Of a stretch of DNA of 64,000 nucleotides, positions 50,162-59,486 are shown in pieces (position 1 is the first letter of the stretch; every line of letters starts with the position of its first letter). The DNA comes from Candidatus Thalassarchaeaceae archaeon (GTDB lineage: Archaea; Thermoplasmatota; Poseidoniia; Poseidoniales; Thalassarchaeaceae), in assembly GCA_045568115.1 (NCBI GenBank), contig JBJLBO010000004.1:66809-130808 (forward strand), written 5' to 3'. Made by a program: the position numbers and the translations under genes. The notes below the pieces were generated by a model. It worked only from the letters and a program-made list of their open reading frames with translations. It did no database searches and was not told where the DNA came from.

Positions 50162-50542
50162 TTATGATTCATATTTTGAAGGGCAACCCGTTTGGATTTC
50201 ATTTGCACTAATTTTCCATATAGATTCAGATTCAGAAAGCACACCCTTGATTGCAATTGTCTTCCCTTCTTGAAATCCATCAGGTACAGAGATTTCGGCA
50301 AAAATAACTGAGACCTCATTTTGTGAACCTTGTAGGATGAAACTATGGGATGAATTGTCCAAACTACCGATTTTCACTATTCCTCTAAGATGTACCTCAC
50401 TTCCAACGAATTCACCTGGAGATTCCATTATTTCATCCACAGAATACTGAGTCTCCGGTTCAACTGCAACATACATCAATCCAATAAGTGCGAACATGAG
50501 AATGCCGATTCCCAATAACCGCTTGACGCGTGTATTGGCCAT
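50162..50542 (-). CDS. Hypothetical membrane-anchored small protein (N-terminal TM + beta-rich/OB-like ectodomain)
   Basis: ORF with a single N-terminal TM helix; the resemblance to the CcmE OB-fold is weak. Confidence 0.3.
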   Translation of the reverse strand: MANTRVKRLLGIGILMFALIGLMYVAVEPETQYSVDEIMESPGEFVGSEVHLRGIVKIGSLDNSSHSFILQGSQNEVSVIFAEISVPDGFQEGKTIAIKGVLSESESIWKISANEIQTGCPSKYES

Positions 50543-50599
50543 ATTGATGGCTAAATGCACCCATTGATGAGGATTGCCACGAATCGCATGTGAAAACTA

Positions 50600-51700
50600 T
50601 CAGCGAGAGAAGCCAACAGCTTCTTCGAGATCTTTGAAACCATTCTCATTTATTTTCTTTTTAATTCCTTTAATTGTCCTAGGGACAACGGACGGTCCTT
50701 GGAAAACCATTGCTGAATACAATTGTAATAATGATGCTCCGTTAGTTATTGCACTCCATGCTGATTCGGCGTCTTCAATTCCGCCACAACCAATGATAGG
50801 AACCTTGTCCCCTACTGAGTCATATAGAAGTCCGATTTTCTGAATTGATTGAGAAAGAAGAGGGCGCCCCGATAGTCCTCCTGATTCAGCAAAGATATTT
50901 CTTGAACGGGTATTAGAAGGAACCGGGCGAGATATTGTTGTATTTGTCGCAATAAAACCATCAATGCCTGCTGATAATGCAGCACCCGCACAAGAGAGAA
51001 GCACATCATCATCCAAATCAGGAGAGAATTTGAGTAAGATTGGTTTTACGCCAGAATTACTCTCGCGAACTCTAATACAAGCCGATACTACATCACGGAT
51101 ATGGTCATCCTCCTGTAATTCTCTTAATCCTGGAGTATTTGGCGATGACACATTCAAGACAAATAAGTCTGCATGTTCATAAAGAAGACTAAATGTTTCA
51201 GCATAATCATTGGGTGCTCGATTATTATCTACACTCTTTGAACGCCCAATATTAGCCGCGACGGGAACTTGTGGCCATTTTCCAGACACGCGGCGGCTAA
51301 TACATTGGTCTCTTACGGCTAATGCACCAGGATTATTGAAACCCATCCTATTAATCAAAGCTAGATCATTATCGGATCTGAACATTCTAGGTTTAGGGTT
51401 TCCATCTTGCGGATATCTAGTAATTCCGCCATACTCAACCCAAGAGAATCCTAAGGCCGGCCATGCCGATAGTGCTGTTGCCGATTTGTCGAATCCGGCA
51501 GCAAGCCCTAATGGATGGCGAAATAACTTTCCAAAAACATTTATTGGTATAGAGGGAGTTCTGTATATAGAATTTAGAATTTTTTGTGAGCCACGATTTT
51601 GTCCGAATTTAGCAAGTATATTGACACTCAAATCATGTGCTTTTTCGGAGTCAATAAATTTCATCCCAGGTCGAACAAACAACCGATATGGCAAGCCCAT
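50600..51700 (-). CDS. pyrD: Dihydroorotate dehydrogenase, class 2 (quinone-dependent)
   Basis: N-terminal membrane-association helix, GLAAGFDK, NRMGFNN, GCGGI motifs; 366 aa. Confidence 0.85.
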   Translation of the reverse strand: MGLPYRLFVRPGMKFIDSEKAHDLSVNILAKFGQNRGSQKILNSIYRTPSIPINVFGKLFRHPLGLAAGFDKSATALSAWPALGFSWVEYGGITRYPQDGNPKPRMFRSDNDLALINRMGFNNPGALAVRDQCISRRVSGKWPQVPVAANIGRSKSVDNNRAPNDYAETFSLLYEHADLFVLNVSSPNTPGLRELQEDDHIRDVVSACIRVRESNSGVKPILLKFSPDLDDDVLLSCAGAALSAGIDGFIATNTTISRPVPSNTRSRNIFAESGGLSGRPLLSQSIQKIGLLYDSVGDKVPIIGCGGIEDAESAWSAITNGASLLQLYSAMVFQGPSVVPRTIKGIKKKINENGFKDLEEAVGFSR

Positions 51701-52167
51701 CTATACGACGGGGACAGCGGTATGATTCAAGGATTGCGTGCCTTGCGGTAACTGTGGTCCGTGAACAGAGACTCCGTGCTATTCGCGAGCTGGCACGAAG
51801 ACTACTAAGATCAAGAGGTGTAACTGTATACCATCCAGAAGATTGGAATCAAGCAACTACAGATCTCTCAATAAGATTATCTGACATCGCACCAAATCTC
51901 TATATCGGAATTAATTTTGTTCCCGGTACTGATAATAAAATACACATCGACTTGGTTGGTGAAATAGGGGGAGTATTCGCAAATTTACCTCCAAAAGAAT
52001 CCGAATTAGTTTGGATACCGATGGAGAATGGGACTGAATGGAATATTTTCATTTCAGAAGTTTTTGCTTTCGCATCAGCCGGCTATCCTGGTTGCTCTGG
52101 GTGTGGTGGTGCAGATGCAGAATTATTGTGGAATGAAAAAACATCACGAATTAGAATGATGCACTAA
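51688..52167 (+). CDS. Hypothetical protein (possible amidase/Zn-hydrolase-like fold)
   Basis: 159-aa ORF; start overlaps the pyrD start divergently by 13 nt; ends in a Cys/Gly-rich GYPGCSGCGG tail. Confidence 0.3.
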   Translation: MASPSIRRGQRYDSRIACLAVTVVREQRLRAIRELARRLLRSRGVTVYHPEDWNQATTDLSIRLSDIAPNLYIGINFVPGTDNKIHIDLVGEIGGVFANLPPKESELVWIPMENGTEWNIFISEVFAFASAGYPGCSGCGGADAELLWNEKTSRIRMMH

Positions 52168-52169
52168 TT

Positions 52170-52205
52170 CACGCGCGCGTGAGCGCAGGCGCACGCACGC
52201 ACGCG
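52170..52205. repeat. GC-rich alternating purine-pyrimidine tract (CACGCGCGCGTG palindrome + GCGCAGGCGCACGCACGCACGCG), potential Z-DNA/cruciform
   Basis: Read directly; ~36 nt of ~80% GC in an AT-rich intergenic region ~115 nt upstream of the topA ATG. Confidence 0.6.
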
Positions 52206-52320
52206 TTGTATTGCCCTTTGTTCGCTCACGTTTATACAGGGTCCATGTTGCCACCGCGAAACGTGGAACTCTGACATCAGTCGGATGAGTCCAAACATGT
52301 GAGATGGTCACTTGAAGTTA

Positions 52321-54600
52321 ATGATTCTAGAATCCGGAGCAAAGGCTCGAACTATCAAGAAGTATCTGGGCAAGGAATGGATTGTTGATGCCTGCAATGG
52401 CCACGTGCAAGATTTGCCAAACAATGGATCATCTAAACAAAGTAACAAAGCTATGTGGGCTTCGAAAGAGGGATTTCTGCCCGAGCCTCCGTGGGCATGG
52501 ACAGAAAGAGCAGAACGTGTAATAAGCAAGATGATTGAGAAAGCTAAGAAGAAAAATGTAGAAGAAATTTACATCGCTACTGACCCTGATAGGGAAGGCG
52601 AATTCATTGCATGGAGATTGAAAGAAATTTTCAGTGATTTCCCTCAAATAAAAAGAGTCACGTTCAATGAAATCACTCAAACTGCCGTTCAAGATGCGAT
52701 GGAGTCGCCTAGGGAAATCGACATGAATCTTGTTAACGCTGCAAAGGTCAGGAGATTCATGGATAGATTAGTTGGATTTCGTTGTTCAAGATTTTCTCGT
52801 TCATGGAGCTTAGCATCTATGGGGAGAGTCCAAACACCGACTCTTGGATTCATAGTAGATAGGGAAATAGAGCGTGATGCGCATGTACCTATCCCATATC
52901 ATTCAGTTCAAGGAGATGCTGATGGTGTTACCTTCAAAGTTAGATTTCATGAAAAAGATGAAAGTGAGGCATGGACAGATGATGGAGGCAAACATCACCC
53001 AGATAGAACATCAAACTCCGAACTAGCTGACAATGCTATTCAAGCGCTTAATGAAGCAGGCGTGACTACAATAGTATCCGTTAAAGAAGGGAAAGTCAAT
53101 CGCAAACCTCAACCACCATTTACTACCGATACTTTGCTTAGAACAGCAAGTAGCCGATTAGGATGGTCTATTGCACGGATTAACAGAGTCGCTACTTCAC
53201 TATACCAAAGTGGCCACATAACATATATTCGTACAGATTCGACTCGAACAAGCGAATCTGCAAGAAAACGAATACGGAAGATAATTGATAAGGAATACGG
53301 AGAAGAATTCCTAGGCCTCGGTATTCTTGGGAAAGATGCAAAAAAAGGAGCGAAAAATGTCCAAGATGCTCACGAAGCAATAAGACCAACAAGCCCCGAG
53401 AGTAAGAGTTTAGATGATGGGGAAAAAGACCAACAATCACTATATCGATTAATATGGGCTCGTTTTGCTGCGAGTCAAATGTCAGATTCAATAAGGGAAA
53501 GAAGAGATCTTACGTCTAGTGTTGAGAATTTAGAAAAAAATCTCTATGGCACAGCATCATGGCGTATACATGCAGGTTGGGAGGCAGTATACTCAGATTC
53601 AGATTCAAATCCTCGGACTGAACCACCAACCTCTGGACTAGAAAAAGGCTCAGTATGGAAATTTTCACCCGCAAAAGATAACCCTAGAATAATTACTGAT
53701 GAAACAAAACCACCTCGTAGATTTAGTGAAAGTTCTATTATTCAAGCGATGAAAAACGCATCTATTGGTCGGCCTTCGACATATCTTACTACAGTAACAA
53801 AACTAATTAACAGAGAATATGTGATCAAGGACGGGGCTTCACTTTCACCTTCAAAAAATGGACGTACTCTTTGGCTGGAAGTCGCTCCATTCTATAACGA
53901 ACAAGATTTTTCAAATAATACCGTTCCAAAGGGACTTTTTACCCCAGAATTTACTGCATATATGGAAATGAATCTCGACAACATTGAAGCAGGGAATTCT
54001 ACAGGATTTGGGGTTTGGGATTCATTTGTTGTCGATTTTAGAGAGATGCATAACAAAGCATTAGAAATTAGAAAAAAGAAACCAACTCCAAAACAATTGA
54101 ATTATATCGTAAACCGTATATCAAGAATGAGTGAAGAAGATAAAACAAAACTTCTGAACGGAAAAGATGTCACAGAACTTTCTGGAGAAGAAGCACACAA
54201 ATTAATTGATTCAATGAATGCTGATGGGAGTGTAGAAGTTCCTGCAAGTGAAAAGCAAATCGCTCTCATAGTTCGTCTGGTAGATAAATTAAATTTAGAG
54301 ATCGATTCGTTTCTTGCAGGAAATAACATACCTGAACTAGATCAACTTACAGGAGGTAGAAGTGGAACTGCAAGCAATGCAATTAGTTTACTGATTGAGA
54401 TGGATAAAGATTCTCCAGCGACAGAAAAACAAGTATCGGCTATACAATCAATGTGTGAAAGTCTAGAAATGAAAATACCCGATGCAATGGCGCTTGTGAA
54501 CACAACTACAATAGAAGAAATTACAAAATCAGATGCGAGTTCTTTAATCGGGCAATTAAAGAAATTAATACAAAAAAGACGTCGGAAGAAAAAGAAGTGA
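52321..54600 (+). CDS. topA: DNA topoisomerase I (type IA) with a C-terminal domain of three ~55-aa helical repeats instead of zinc ribbons
   Basis: Toprim MILESGAKARTI...GHVQDLP, DxD acidic cluster, catalytic YIRTDSTR (Tyr), GRPSTY motif; ORF-track start is TTG 52312, first ATG 52321. Confidence 0.85.
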   Translation: MILESGAKARTIKKYLGKEWIVDACNGHVQDLPNNGSSKQSNKAMWASKEGFLPEPPWAWTERAERVISKMIEKAKKKNVEEIYIATDPDREGEFIAWRLKEIFSDFPQIKRVTFNEITQTAVQDAMESPREIDMNLVNAAKVRRFMDRLVGFRCSRFSRSWSLASMGRVQTPTLGFIVDREIERDAHVPIPYHSVQGDADGVTFKVRFHEKDESEAWTDDGGKHHPDRTSNSELADNAIQALNEAGVTTIVSVKEGKVNRKPQPPFTTDTLLRTASSRLGWSIARINRVATSLYQSGHITYIRTDSTRTSESARKRIRKIIDKEYGEEFLGLGILGKDAKKGAKNVQDAHEAIRPTSPESKSLDDGEKDQQSLYRLIWARFAASQMSDSIRERRDLTSSVENLEKNLYGTASWRIHAGWEAVYSDSDSNPRTEPPTSGLEKGSVWKFSPAKDNPRIITDETKPPRRFSESSIIQAMKNASIGRPSTYLTTVTKLINREYVIKDGASLSPSKNGRTLWLEVAPFYNEQDFSNNTVPKGLFTPEFTAYMEMNLDNIEAGNSTGFGVWDSFVVDFREMHNKALEIRKKKPTPKQLNYIVNRISRMSEEDKTKLLNGKDVTELSGEEAHKLIDSMNADGSVEVPASEKQIALIVRLVDKLNLEIDSFLAGNNIPELDQLTGGRSGTASNAISLLIEMDKDSPATEKQVSAIQSMCESLEMKIPDAMALVNTTTIEEITKSDASSLIGQLKKLIQKRRRKKKK

Positions 54601-54649
54601 CAAAACTGACAATAATCACCCTCAAGAACACAAGCCCCTTGAACTACAT

Positions 54650-55861
54650 ATGAATGACAGTATTGACTACGATGTTATCATCGTAGGCGCAGGTCCTGTT
54701 GGTGGCTATTTAGCTACAAAATTTCGAGAAAATGGAGTCAGCGTTCTGATTTTGGAAGAGCATTCTGAAATTGGTAGACCATTTCAGTGTGCAGGGCTAG
54801 TTAATCCATCTGCTATGGAGAAAGTAGGTCTCTATGATACAGTTTTGACACGCATTTGGGGGGCAAGGATGCATAGTCCTTCGGGACTCAGTATAGAAAT
54901 CGGACAGCAGAATCGTGTTCGCACTTGGTCTGTTTGTAGAAAATTATTCGATGAAGCTGTGGTTAGAGAAGCATTAGAATCAGGTGCTGAAATCTCTCTA
55001 TCATCAAAACCAATTAATGCAGTTAGAAATGAAGATAACGTTGAGGTTGAGATTTCAACTCCTTTAGGAAATAAAACCATCACATGTTCCCTTCTTTGCG
55101 GAGCTGATGGAGCCCATTCTTGGGTTAGAAGAAAATTCAGGATGGGGCGGCCAAAAGAAATGATGATTGGATTCCAAATTGAAGTTACTGGATATCCTGG
55201 GGTAGATGGAAAATTAGACGTATATACAGGAGAGGATATTGCCCCTGGATTCTTTGCATGGGCTATCCCATCAGGAGATACAACACGTATTGGAACTTGG
55301 ACAAGACCTGACAGACTTGGAGAAAGAAATTGCGAAGAATTGCTTAATAACCTGTTAAAAAAGGAGATTTGGAAAGAGAGATTTAATGGGTGCAAAGAAA
55401 TAGGCAGATATTGCGGCCCAATACCATCTGGCCTAATTTCTAAACCACTGATTGAAAGAGTTGCTGTTTTCGGAGATGCAGCAGGTCTTTGTAAGCCGAC
55501 AACAGGTGGTGGAATCGGTAAAGGATTTGAACAAGTCGATTTGCTTGTACCTTATCTCTCTGAAGCCATCAAAAAGGAAAAATTATCAGAAACTGATATG
55601 GAAAAAATGAGGAAATTACTAATTCCGATGAAGAAAAAATTGAATCGCTCCAAAGCACTAAGAAATGCTTTTCTAACCGAAGCCACTGATGATGAGTTAG
55701 ATGACGTATTTTCTATATGGTCTAGACCAGAAATTATTGAATTAATTAACGAGAAGGGAGATATTGAGAACCCTATCCCATTAGGAATTCAAATGTTAAG
55801 GGATGTACCTGAATTTCGCCGACTTACAAAAAAAGCGGCAGCTGCAATAATATTGGGTTGA
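54650..55861 (+). CDS. Geranylgeranyl reductase family FAD-dependent oxidoreductase (digeranylgeranylglycerophospholipid reductase-like)
   Basis: YDVIIVGAGPVGG dinucleotide motif, GDAAG, 403 aa. Confidence 0.8.
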   Translation: MNDSIDYDVIIVGAGPVGGYLATKFRENGVSVLILEEHSEIGRPFQCAGLVNPSAMEKVGLYDTVLTRIWGARMHSPSGLSIEIGQQNRVRTWSVCRKLFDEAVVREALESGAEISLSSKPINAVRNEDNVEVEISTPLGNKTITCSLLCGADGAHSWVRRKFRMGRPKEMMIGFQIEVTGYPGVDGKLDVYTGEDIAPGFFAWAIPSGDTTRIGTWTRPDRLGERNCEELLNNLLKKEIWKERFNGCKEIGRYCGPIPSGLISKPLIERVAVFGDAAGLCKPTTGGGIGKGFEQVDLLVPYLSEAIKKEKLSETDMEKMRKLLIPMKKKLNRSKALRNAFLTEATDDELDDVFSIWSRPEIIELINEKGDIENPIPLGIQMLRDVPEFRRLTKKAAAAIILG

Positions 55862-55865
55862 GTAT

Positions 55866-56948
55866 ATGGAATCGGTTCAGAGGGTAAGATATCCTTCATT
55901 TGATTATGCAAATATCGACCCCTCATCAATCCCTTTAGTTGAAGTAATTGTCAGATCGGACTCTAGCCCACCAACACCTTTCAGAATAGGTAGGGAAGAT
56001 AATTGGATTGTTGAATGGAGAGACAAAACACCAGAAGATGAACATCTCGAAATCATTGATTCAGTAACCACAACAGCAACACTACCCTTCCTAATGAGGA
56101 CAAGGGATGGATGGTATATTGAACCCGATCCAATACATGCCATTGCTAGAAAATTAATCACACCCACTGTTGTCATTCTTATTTCTTCACTTCTCATTCA
56201 TGCTATAGCTCCTGCATTAACTGGGATTGATGTACTTTCTTGGTTAACGCAAAAAACCTACAAAATTGGCCCACTAGACTATCCGGCTCTAATTTTTATC
56301 ACATTCCCACTTTTTATGCTCCCTATTATCCTCAGGAATGTTGCGAATTCACGTGACATTAGACGTCAGAATTTCTATATCCAAAATCCCTTAAATTCAC
56401 CCATTATTGATTACCAAATTAACGACCGGAGTTTGACGATTATATCATTGAAAGCACCTGAAAATGTCGAAATTATTGGAGGTAGGTTACAAGTTGGTGT
56501 TGCTATTCCAGAAAGGGAAACCATTTTGAAGGCACTAAATAGAAATAACAATTCACAACCACCACCAGGAATGTCCACACCATTACCCGAAAGAAGAATT
56601 ACCTCTACAGAAGAACATGGCACAGGGGTAGGGGAGGCTATTCCTATGCCGGTAAAACACTCTAGAGTACTTCTTTTAGAACCAATGAGAGTTAGAGCAA
56701 GAGGGGATTTCATGAAATTTATTGATGGCGAGACGATAAATCTGCAAGGGCCTAGTGAAAGATGGCCCGGGTCTATTTACTCATCATTAATTGCTTTACA
56801 TTGGGAGTTGATAATTTATGCAAAACGTGGAAATACAAAAATGCGTTGGGTAAAACCGATTATAATACCAAATAGTGAAAACACAATCAATATAGAAACT
56901 ATGCCACTAAGGAATAGTAGATCGGAAATAAGCAGTGATTCTAATTGA
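55866..56948 (+). CDS. Hypothetical protein with 2-3 central TM helices
   Basis: 360-aa ORF, no recognised motifs. Confidence 0.3.
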   Translation: MESVQRVRYPSFDYANIDPSSIPLVEVIVRSDSSPPTPFRIGREDNWIVEWRDKTPEDEHLEIIDSVTTTATLPFLMRTRDGWYIEPDPIHAIARKLITPTVVILISSLLIHAIAPALTGIDVLSWLTQKTYKIGPLDYPALIFITFPLFMLPIILRNVANSRDIRRQNFYIQNPLNSPIIDYQINDRSLTIISLKAPENVEIIGGRLQVGVAIPERETILKALNRNNNSQPPPGMSTPLPERRITSTEEHGTGVGEAIPMPVKHSRVLLLEPMRVRARGDFMKFIDGETINLQGPSERWPGSIYSSLIALHWELIIYAKRGNTKMRWVKPIIIPNSENTINIETMPLRNSRSEISSDSN

Positions 56949-58098
56949 TTATCTTGAGAAAATGAGAATCCTTAGAAGAGGAAAATTTCATTAAATTATA
57001 ATCAGAGTCTCGTTCCCTAGGAATAAATCCTGCACCAATAATTACTCTTTGAAGCTCCTTGACGCCCGCCATCGTCTTTGTAGTCCCTGATGCGGAAACA
57101 ACATTTTCTTCCATCATCGTAGAGCCAATATCATCAGCACCAGCAAATAATGCTAGCTGAGCTATTTCCATCCCCATTGTTGGCCAAGAAGCCTGAATAT
57201 GAGATATATTATCAAGAAATAATCTAGAAATTGCTACATGTCTAAGATATTCGGGTGCGCTGACACCTAGTTCTACTCTATTTTTCCCTTTATTCCTTTT
57301 TCCAAAAGAATTGTTTTCGAGTTGAACGGGCCATGCAATGAATGAAGTAAAACCAACCAATTTTTTAGAAACTGATTCGTCTTGTAGTTGTCGAATTTTA
57401 TCCAAATGTTGAACCCTATTTACATAAGATTCACCAAAACCAATAACATTTGTAGCGGATGTTGTAAGACCAATTTGCTGAGCCTCGGCCATAATTCTGA
57501 GCCAATTATCTGCTGAACCCTTTTTGGGTGAAATGTTTAATCGTAAATCATCGACTAACATTTCAGCACCTCCTCCGGGCAAACCATGCATTCCAGCATC
57601 CTTCAACATGAGTAATACGTCCTTAGTGGATAAACCACAAATCTCAGCTATTCCTTCTATTTCAATTGGAGAAAAGCAATCCAATGCGATTGATGGATGA
57701 TTAACTCGAAGTTTCTTTATTAAATCAATATACCAACCTATTTCCAGATTAGGATGAACGCCACCTTGCATGAGAACTCGAGACCCACCAATTTCCTCTA
57801 ATTCAGATAATCTTGCACTAATTTGTTCAAATGATTGAGTATATGATTCGTCATGATTTGGTGGACGATAGAAAGAACAGAATTGACAATTAATAGTACA
57901 GACATTTGTATAATTTACATTTCTATCGATTAAATATGTGACTTCATCACCAGGGATTAAATTTTTTCTTCTAAGGAAAGCGGCATCAAGGAGTTCGTGA
58001 AAATCCGCTTCTTCATACAATAATGTGGCTTCTTCAATAGTCAAGCGAGGAGGATTTTCCTGTATTTGCTGAGAGATTAACTCTCTCCAACCAGACAT
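56941..58098 (-). CDS. Radical SAM enzyme of the MqnE/MqnC/CofH family (futalosine-pathway menaquinone or F420 synthase-like)
   Basis: NYTNVCTINCQFCSF (CxxxCxxC) and MQGGVHPNL; 385 aa; subfamily not resolved from sequence alone. Confidence 0.65.
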   Translation of the reverse strand: MSGWRELISQQIQENPPRLTIEEATLLYEEADFHELLDAAFLRRKNLIPGDEVTYLIDRNVNYTNVCTINCQFCSFYRPPNHDESYTQSFEQISARLSELEEIGGSRVLMQGGVHPNLEIGWYIDLIKKLRVNHPSIALDCFSPIEIEGIAEICGLSTKDVLLMLKDAGMHGLPGGGAEMLVDDLRLNISPKKGSADNWLRIMAEAQQIGLTTSATNVIGFGESYVNRVQHLDKIRQLQDESVSKKLVGFTSFIAWPVQLENNSFGKRNKGKNRVELGVSAPEYLRHVAISRLFLDNISHIQASWPTMGMEIAQLALFAGADDIGSTMMEENVVSASGTTKTMAGVKELQRVIIGAGFIPRERDSDYNLMKFSSSKDSHFLKIIN

Positions 58099-58102
58099 GA
58101 AT

Positions 58103-59486
58103 TCAGACTCCAGAGCCTACTAAAGCCTCAATTTCTTCAATTGTTTTTGGACAATCTGATGTAAGAACAACTGGGCCTTCTTCAGTTATGAGAATATCAT
58201 CTTCAATACGGATTCCTATCTTTGAATACCTTTCGGGAATTTTTACATCAGTTCTCCAAGCACCAAAATAAAGCCCTGGTTCGACAGTTAGAACCATCCC
58301 CGGCTCCAATACGGGTCCTTTGTCATCATCTCCTTGCCTTCCTCCACCAACATCGTGCACATCTAGACCTAGGAAATGGCCAGTCCCATGCATGAAGAAG
58401 TTCCTATATGGGCCATCAAATTTTTCAGGGTCACCTATTGCATCTTCAATAGAACAATCTAGGATTCCAAGTTTGATAAGTCCTGCTGCAAGAACCTGTG
58501 ATGCTGCAGTGTGTATAGAGAGCCAAGAAGACCCTTTTTGACATGCCTCAATCCCAGCAAGTTCCGCCTTGAGAACTAGCTCGTAAATTTCTCTCTGAGG
58601 ATCAGTGAACTTGCCATTGACTGGCCATGTTCTAGTGACATCAGATGCGTAACCATGTACTTCACATCCAGCATCAACAAGAACTAGTTCTCCATCATTA
58701 ACTACAGATTTATTTGTGTTATAATGCAAAATAGTGCCATTTTCTCCACCTCCCACAATTGAAGGATAGCTCCATTGACTCTTGCAATTCATAAAATGTC
58801 CTTCTATTACAGACTGTATTTCCCATTCGCCAATACCTGAATGTGATACTTTCATCGCTTCGACGTGAGCTGAGGAAGCTATTTTTGCTGATTCCAACAT
58901 AAACTCAATTTCCTTAGGAGACTTAATTCGCCTCATTTTATCTAGAATAGGCCTAGGATCTGTATTCTGATAACCGGAATCTAAGACTATTTCATCAACA
59001 ACTGAATTCAAATTAGAGATATAATGCACTCCATTACAGTCAGCTAAGACGGGATTTAATGGAGTCACTCATATTTTCAATAGAATCAGCCTCATCTACT
59101 GGCCATTCTGATGCTGCTTTTTCAACACCGATAATTCTGCCTTCCCAAATTTCTTTTTTTGTATCTCTAGGTTGAACAAACAAACAACTAACCCATTTTT
59201 CCCCATTATGATAAGACATCCATAGACCTGTAGACTCGCTCCATCCACACAAATAGAGCATGTATGAATTCGCACGGAAAGGAAAAGTAGTATCTCTTGA
59301 ACGAATCATCACTGGATTAGTTGGAATAAGGACTAGTTGATCTTTGGGGACTTGCTCAAGGAAACGAGACTGACGCCCACGGTACTCAGCCGTATCAAAA
59401 GGCAAGGTAGTGTCACTCACGACCCTACGATATGATGGGTATTTTTGAGTCTGTGGGAACAAGAATTGTCTAATTATAACTTCCAC
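58103..59486 (-). CDS. pepP: Xaa-Pro aminopeptidase (M24B, PepP/PepQ-like), interrupted by an apparent +1 frameshift near 59040-59070
   Basis: N-terminal AMP_N domain in ORF 59040..59486; catalytic pita-bread domain (D..D...HGTGHFLGLDVHD..E..E) in ORF 58103..59068; the frames overlap over 29 nt. Confidence 0.65.
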
